A stretch of DNA of 24,000 nucleotides from Desulfurococcaceae archaeon AG1 (lineage in GTDB: Archaea > Thermoproteota > Thermoprotei_A > Sulfolobales > AG1): the NCBI GenBank assembly GCA_003116855.1, contig BEWT01000016.1, positions 28,183 through 52,182 on the forward strand. Direction: 5' to 3'. The notes beneath the pieces were generated by a model. The model had not been told where the DNA came from and ran no database searches. It saw nothing but the letters and a program-made list of their open reading frames with translations. Shown here in pieces: positions 23,815 to 24,000 of the stretch (positions are counted from its first letter, which is position 1; each line of letters starts with the position of its first letter). The position numbers and the translations under genes were made by a program.

Positions 23815-24000
23815 TTGTTCCCGGTGTGGGTCTCCCCTACACAAGCCCCGGGTGTGATGAGAGCAGTGCTCCAAGCCATCCGGGGGAGTGGGCTAGATGG
23901 GAGCCACGTGCCGTTTGGCTCGACAACCGCCCATAACCCCCCGCAGGAGTAGAGACCCATGCGAGTGAGGCGGAAATCCCTGGATGTAACCATGAATGAA
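23815..24000 (+). ncRNA. Unidentified G+C-rich structured RNA, or an rRNA-operon leader; truncated or ending near the window edge
   Basis: G+C jumps abruptly relative to the flanks. Nested helices are 23824-23834/23952-23962 (11 bp), 23838-23840/23949-23951, 23846-23854/23877-23885 (9 bp) and 23901-23906/23916-23921 (6 bp). The only ORF here (65 aa, minus strand) looks spurious. Strand is assigned from the promoter-like element and is uncertain. Confidence 0.45.

Noticed and set aside
23853-23861. The GUGAUGAG word might be the C box of a C/D box sRNA.
   Set aside because: No CUGA D or D' box occurs at the expected 10-60 nt downstream. It is more likely a K-turn-like element within a larger RNA, if it is functional at all.
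23895-23935. On the minus strand, GGUUGUCGAGCCAAACGGCAC resembles the E. coli 23S rRNA segment GGUUGUCAUGCCAAUGGCAC near the 3' end.
   Set aside because: The sarcin-ricin loop sequence AGUACGAGAGGACC should lie about 30 nt upstream in a real 23S rRNA. It is absent from the 80 nt of preceding minus-strand sequence, so the match is probably a coincidental hairpin.
23796-23993. A 65-aa minus-strand ORF in the G+C-rich terminal region.
   Set aside because: The region behaves like structured RNA, with nested helices and a sharp G+C jump. The peptide is Gly/Pro/Trp-rich with no start context. I treat it as a by-product of high G+C.
1-24000. Search for CRISPR arrays, tRNA genes, IS elements or integrases, and long terminal inverted repeats.
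   Set aside because: I found no regularly spaced 24-40-nt repeats, no cloverleaf-compatible G+C-rich 70-90-nt blocks with T-arm consensus, and no transposase- or integrase-like ORFs.

Overview
The window looks like a chromosomal segment from a hyperthermophilic archaeon of crenarchaeal (Thermoproteota) type. Supporting evidence: an intact 1264-aa reverse gyrase, Taw1, archaeal NAC, an aCPSF2-type beta-CASP RNase, an NreA-like PCNA-binding repair protein, TATA boxes about 25 nt upstream of start codons (leaderless style), and GGTGA/GGAGGT Shine-Dalgarno motifs. Most of the content is housekeeping. It includes aroD, a beta-oxidation-like cluster (acyl-CoA synthetase divergent from a translationally coupled ACAD-thiolase-DUF35 operon), taw1, a sugar-phosphate nucleotidyltransferase, prs, a B12-domain-like radical SAM enzyme, a DeoD/MTAP-type phosphorylase, an RHH regulator and a nitrilase-superfamily protein immediately downstream of rgy. 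I found no CRISPR array, tRNA, rRNA or recognisable IS element or integrase. I cannot name one definite novel system. The leads most worth following are: (1) an AT-rich island at 14.5-15.9 kb with two convergent orphan genes, one with an Hjc-like PD-(D/E)xK nuclease fold carrying E-x-E instead of E-x-K; (2) a protein with only the TFS/RpoM N-terminal zinc ribbon plus an acidic tail, converging within 9 bp on the NreA-like gene, which ends in a canonical PIP box; (3) a 577-bp spacer free of listed ORFs, upstream of the radical SAM gene, holding a G+C-rich hairpin and a 36-codon ORF with a strong SD; (4) a nucleotidyltransferase whose conserved G-loop lies upstream of any canonical start codon and just downstream of an in-frame TAG; (5) a nitrilase-like protein lacking the catalytic Glu, probably co-transcribed with rgy; (6) 25-nt direct repeats over the RHH promoter; (7) a G+C-rich, multi-helix RNA-like element cut by the window end; (8) marked over-representation of GATC in both coding and non-coding DNA. 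Functional calls rest on motifs read from the translations. No database search was possible.
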